From Podarcis vaucheri (lineage: Eukaryota), in NCBI GenBank assembly GCA_965113315.1, contig OZ220367.1: 64,000 nt of DNA. The stretch is one strand, 5' to 3'. Numbering within the stretch: position 1 is the stretch's first letter; every line of letters begins with the position of its first letter. Under the pieces are notes generated by a model. It saw only the letters and a program-made list of their open reading frames with translations, had not been told where the DNA came from and made no database searches. Shown here in pieces: positions 60,810-64,000 of this stretch. The position numbers and the translations under genes are program-made.

Positions 60810-61160
60810 TTTGAAGCTGAATGTTGGAAGATTTGGGACAGATAAAAAGAAAGTACTTCACACAGCTATGGAACTCCTCCCACAGGAGGTAGCGGTGGCC
60901 ACCAAGTTGGATGGCTTTAAAAGAGGATTGAACAAATTCATAGAGGACAAAGCTATTGATGGCTAGTAGTCATGATGGGTATTCTCTGCCTCCACGGTCT
61001 GAGGTAGTACTGCTTATGAATAACACTTGCTGGAAAGCACAGGGTGAGCACTCTTGTGCTCTGTTCCCACTTGTGGGTTTCCTACAGGGATCTGGTTGGT
61101 TACTGTGAGAACAAGATGCTGGGCTGTTGGCCTGATCTAGTAGGATCCTATGTTTTTGCA
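60810..61160 (+). mobile_element. CR1 LINE 3' fragment, boundaries approximate
   Basis: ORF 60757-60966 ends KLNVGRFGTDKKK...LPQEVAVATKLDGFKRGLNKFIED, typical of a CR1 ORF2 C-terminus, followed by 3' UTR-like sequence. Confidence 0.75.
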
Positions 61161-63418
61161 GTTTTTGTTTTTAATAGCATTCTTCTGAACAGTCTAAATC
61201 AGGGGTGGTTAGCCTTTTTCAACCCAAGGATGGCATTCCCCGTTGGCCAAGAAACACTCTGGGGGCTGTATGCTAGTGGCAGGTGTGACCCCACACTCTT
61301 GCACATCCACAAACCACACACATGTACAAGACCCACAGCCCCCCTCCATGAGCTGATCCATACAATCAGCTGTGGGGGAAAGGTTATCCCTACTCCCTCA
61401 ACTGATGATCAATTGGCTGGTTTTAGCTGCTGTCTGCAATAAGTTACAGTTTTGTTTTTTTAAAAAACCTTTTATGTAATTTTTATTATTTTGAGCAATC
61501 CTGGGCTCCCTTGCGGAGAAGAGTAGGTTATAAATGTGAATAATAAATAGATGACTAGCTAGGGAGTTCTTTGCATTACTATCCATCTGGTGGGCTGATA
61601 CCTACTTTAATTACATAATATGTCTAGCTTAGGTTTATTCCCCCATTTTGCCACCACTGGCAAAATTTATGGGTTCTTGGAGGGAGGCAGAAAAATATTC
61701 ATGGCCCCCCAACATCTTTCTCCTCTTCTCTTTGGTCCTCAGTAATTTATGCAATTCATGCACATTCTTGACTAACACTTAAATATCTATCCGAAAGCAG
61801 ACACTGTAGAGTGTCTGTCTGCTCCTACCAGGCACTTGGCAGTGATGCAGAGGGCTAGACCTCAGGGCCAAAATCAAAGGCACTGCAACACAGCACCCAC
61901 CCACCCACCCTATAGAGTCCGAAATGTCAGGCTAACAGGCCTGGTGTCAGCAGCTGGGCCAGCACAGGCATGCCCAGTCACCACAACATCTTTCTATTTT
62001 TTAAAAAAAAGATGCTCACTTTATTCTGTTTACTGTAAAATATATTATCATTTTCTACAGCAAAATTGTGCTTATTCATAAATAAGCATTGTTGTGGGGA
62101 GGGTGAGGAATGTTAGTTGTGTGCTTCACAACTGAGCCAATACACATGGCCATCTAAAGAGGGAAGTGTAGGGCAAGACCATGAAGCCCAGGGCCTGAGA
62201 TTACCTAGCTACACTACCGGTGGAGGCAGTTGCCTGGGAAACTTCATGCCGTGAGAAATTAGTTCATCTAAAAGGGAAGAAGACACAACAAGAGTCAGTC
62301 AGAAAGACCTACATGGGTTGCAGGGCTCTTTCGCTTTCTTCTTCTAAGAGCAGCCCCTAGGATGCAGAGATTCAGCTTCTGAACATGTGGTCTGCTTCCT
62401 AGGGGCTGTTCCACTTCAGAATGCATGTGTTGGACAGTTATCTCATGGCTGGTTGGTTGGTTTTTGTTGTTGTTGTTTAAAAAAACCCTCTCTGAATGTT
62501 TAAGGTTAGCATATCAAAGAAAATGATTTTACCCTAAACTGCTTTCCCATTGTTTTGTTCCAGCTTTTCATAACAGTTATTATTCAAACACAAAGAGTAG
62601 TCAAGCATGATAACAGCAACTGCAGTATTAAGTGATGTAGTCAAGATGAACTATTTCTGCATGCCAGAATTGACTTTCTAAACACACTAATTTGTTTGCT
62701 TCTGTAATTTATTACCTGGCCATCAATGACTAATCAGCATTTCTGGTATGACTTATTAAAAAAACCCTATAGTGTAAGGGAAGGCCTATTCAAAATGTGA
62801 AGTTAAAAAGAATCATGGGGGTAGATGGAACCTTAGTTTTTGTCTGCTGGAATAGTCAGCAAGAAAGGAAAACCATTATTTTCTGGGGGGGGGGGAATCC
62901 TCTGAGTAGAAGTAAACACCATGCTACTACAAATATTCTATCAGCGCAAGTATTTCAGCTTGCCAAACAGAATGAAACACCCCTACATATTGTTCTGAGG
63001 GTTCTCCTGACTCCCGCTAGCAAATTTTGCGGGGTGCTGGGGGAAGGACTGAAAGCCCTGTTGCACAAGCTAAAGCCCTTGCACAGGGCTTCCACTGATG
63101 GGGTTTGTTAGGTAAATCCCACCCATTTTGGGCGGGGGGTTCCTTCATAGCATGGCACGGATCAAGATAGGCCTGTGCATGTACACAGAGTACTTCCACT
63201 ACAGGCAAACTCTCCTTCCAATGACAGCCCATCACAGATGGCTTCTGTCTAAGTTTAAGAAGACTTTTAAAATGTGACACATTACCATGTGGACATCAGT
63301 AGCTGCTGTTTCTGACAAGTAAAATCCAACATGGCATGATTTTATTGCTCGGAGTGGTGTTGAATAGCCAATATTTGGGAATATGGGTAACTGGCTAATA
63401 TTGTAACACATTCTTTAG

Positions 63419-63502
63419 GGTGAGGAGGCAAAAAACATTCCTGGTGAATCTGTTACAGAAGAACAGTTTACTGATGAAGAAGGCAACCTCGTCACCCGAA
63501 AA
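63419..63502 (+). CDS. ANK3: ANK3 muscle-type alternative exon, 84 nt ([28 protein letters not shown])
   Basis: tctttag|GGTGAG ... CGAAAA|gtaatc; phase 0-0; conserved [17 protein letters not shown] motif. Confidence 0.93.
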
Positions 63503-63650
63503 GTAATCCCACCTTGCATTTTCATTCTTTTCTCCCTCTCCCTCTCCCTCTGCCTCTCTCTGTTGACTCTTTTTACATTAGCTTTGTCCTTTCAGAGTCG
63601 GGTGGAAAAAGTATCGATTTTTGGTTTTTTTCCATATTTCTTCCCTACAG

Positions 63651-63710
63651 GTTACCCGGAAAGTGTTAAGGCGTGTTGTTATCCCACATGAGAAAAAACC
63701 TGGTGACATG
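63651..63710 (+). CDS. ANK3: ANK3 muscle-type alternative exon, 60 nt ([20 protein letters not shown])
   Basis: ccctacag|GTTACC ... GACATG|gtaacc; phase 0-0; second basic obscurin-binding-like motif. Confidence 0.88.
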
Positions 63711-64000
63711 GTAACCAGCGTGTGTGTGCAGGAATAGCAAATAAGGGCTGTTCTCTAAATGCTAAAGATTGCTTGCAGTTTAACATTAAAGCAATGCAAA
63801 GCAAGAGTGCCTGTGCTTTTGACAAGCTGTGCATTTGAACTCAGAAAAGGCGAGGTCTCACAAATAGTGTGTTGTGTGCTGGCAGGGTTCTTCAGTTTTT
63901 CATTCAGTGCCTTCAGATTCTTGAGAGAAATGTATTTCATTTTGATATTCTAGTAGGAAACGTTAGCATTAGGAGTGGTTTTTAATACAGCCATTTGAAA

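Larger units (their letters stand above)
2524..63710 (+). other. ANK3: Ankyrin-3 (ankyrin-G) gene, partial span (linker to C-terminal domain; 5' and 3' ends outside window)
   Basis: Chain of GT-AG exons with matching phases whose translations match ankyrin-G: [42 protein letters not shown] (ZU5), giant exon, [32 protein letters not shown] (death domain). Confidence 0.98.

Noticed and set aside
619-63953. Remaining short intronic ORFs of 60-130 aa
   Set aside because: No recognisable domains, frequent non-ATG starts or microsatellite-derived sequence; expected by chance.

Overview
This window is vertebrate genomic DNA. It covers the 3' half of an ankyrin-3 (ANK3, ankyrin-G) gene on the + strand, probably from a squamate reptile (likely a lacertid lizard, inferred from the repeat families). 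The ankyrin-repeat exons lie upstream and the last coding exon lies downstream. I traced a phase-consistent GT-AG exon chain from 2524 to 63710. It encodes the linker, ZU5N-ZU5C-UPA spectrin-binding region, the 7,722-nt neuronal giant exon (43121-50842), the death domain, the C-terminal regulatory domain and three muscle-type obscurin-binding exons. The main interest is alternative splicing that the ORF track misses: 12-nt and 33-nt microexons, a 99-nt partial duplicate of a ZU5 exon, an internal giant-exon donor, an alternative acceptor for the acidic insert, and an assembly gap where a 27-nt microexon is expected. The best novelty candidate is an in-frame exon after the death domain encoding SPRSPQSPRSPRSP, which I do not recognise. 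The introns hold a young 5'-truncated L2 LINE, several Tc1/mariner and hAT MITEs, tRNA-derived SINEs, a CR1 fragment and microsatellites. One Tc2-like MITE carries a CpG-rich 89-bp palindromic minisatellite. I see no evidence for a wholly new multi-gene system; the novel candidates are isoform-level and repeat-level and are untested.
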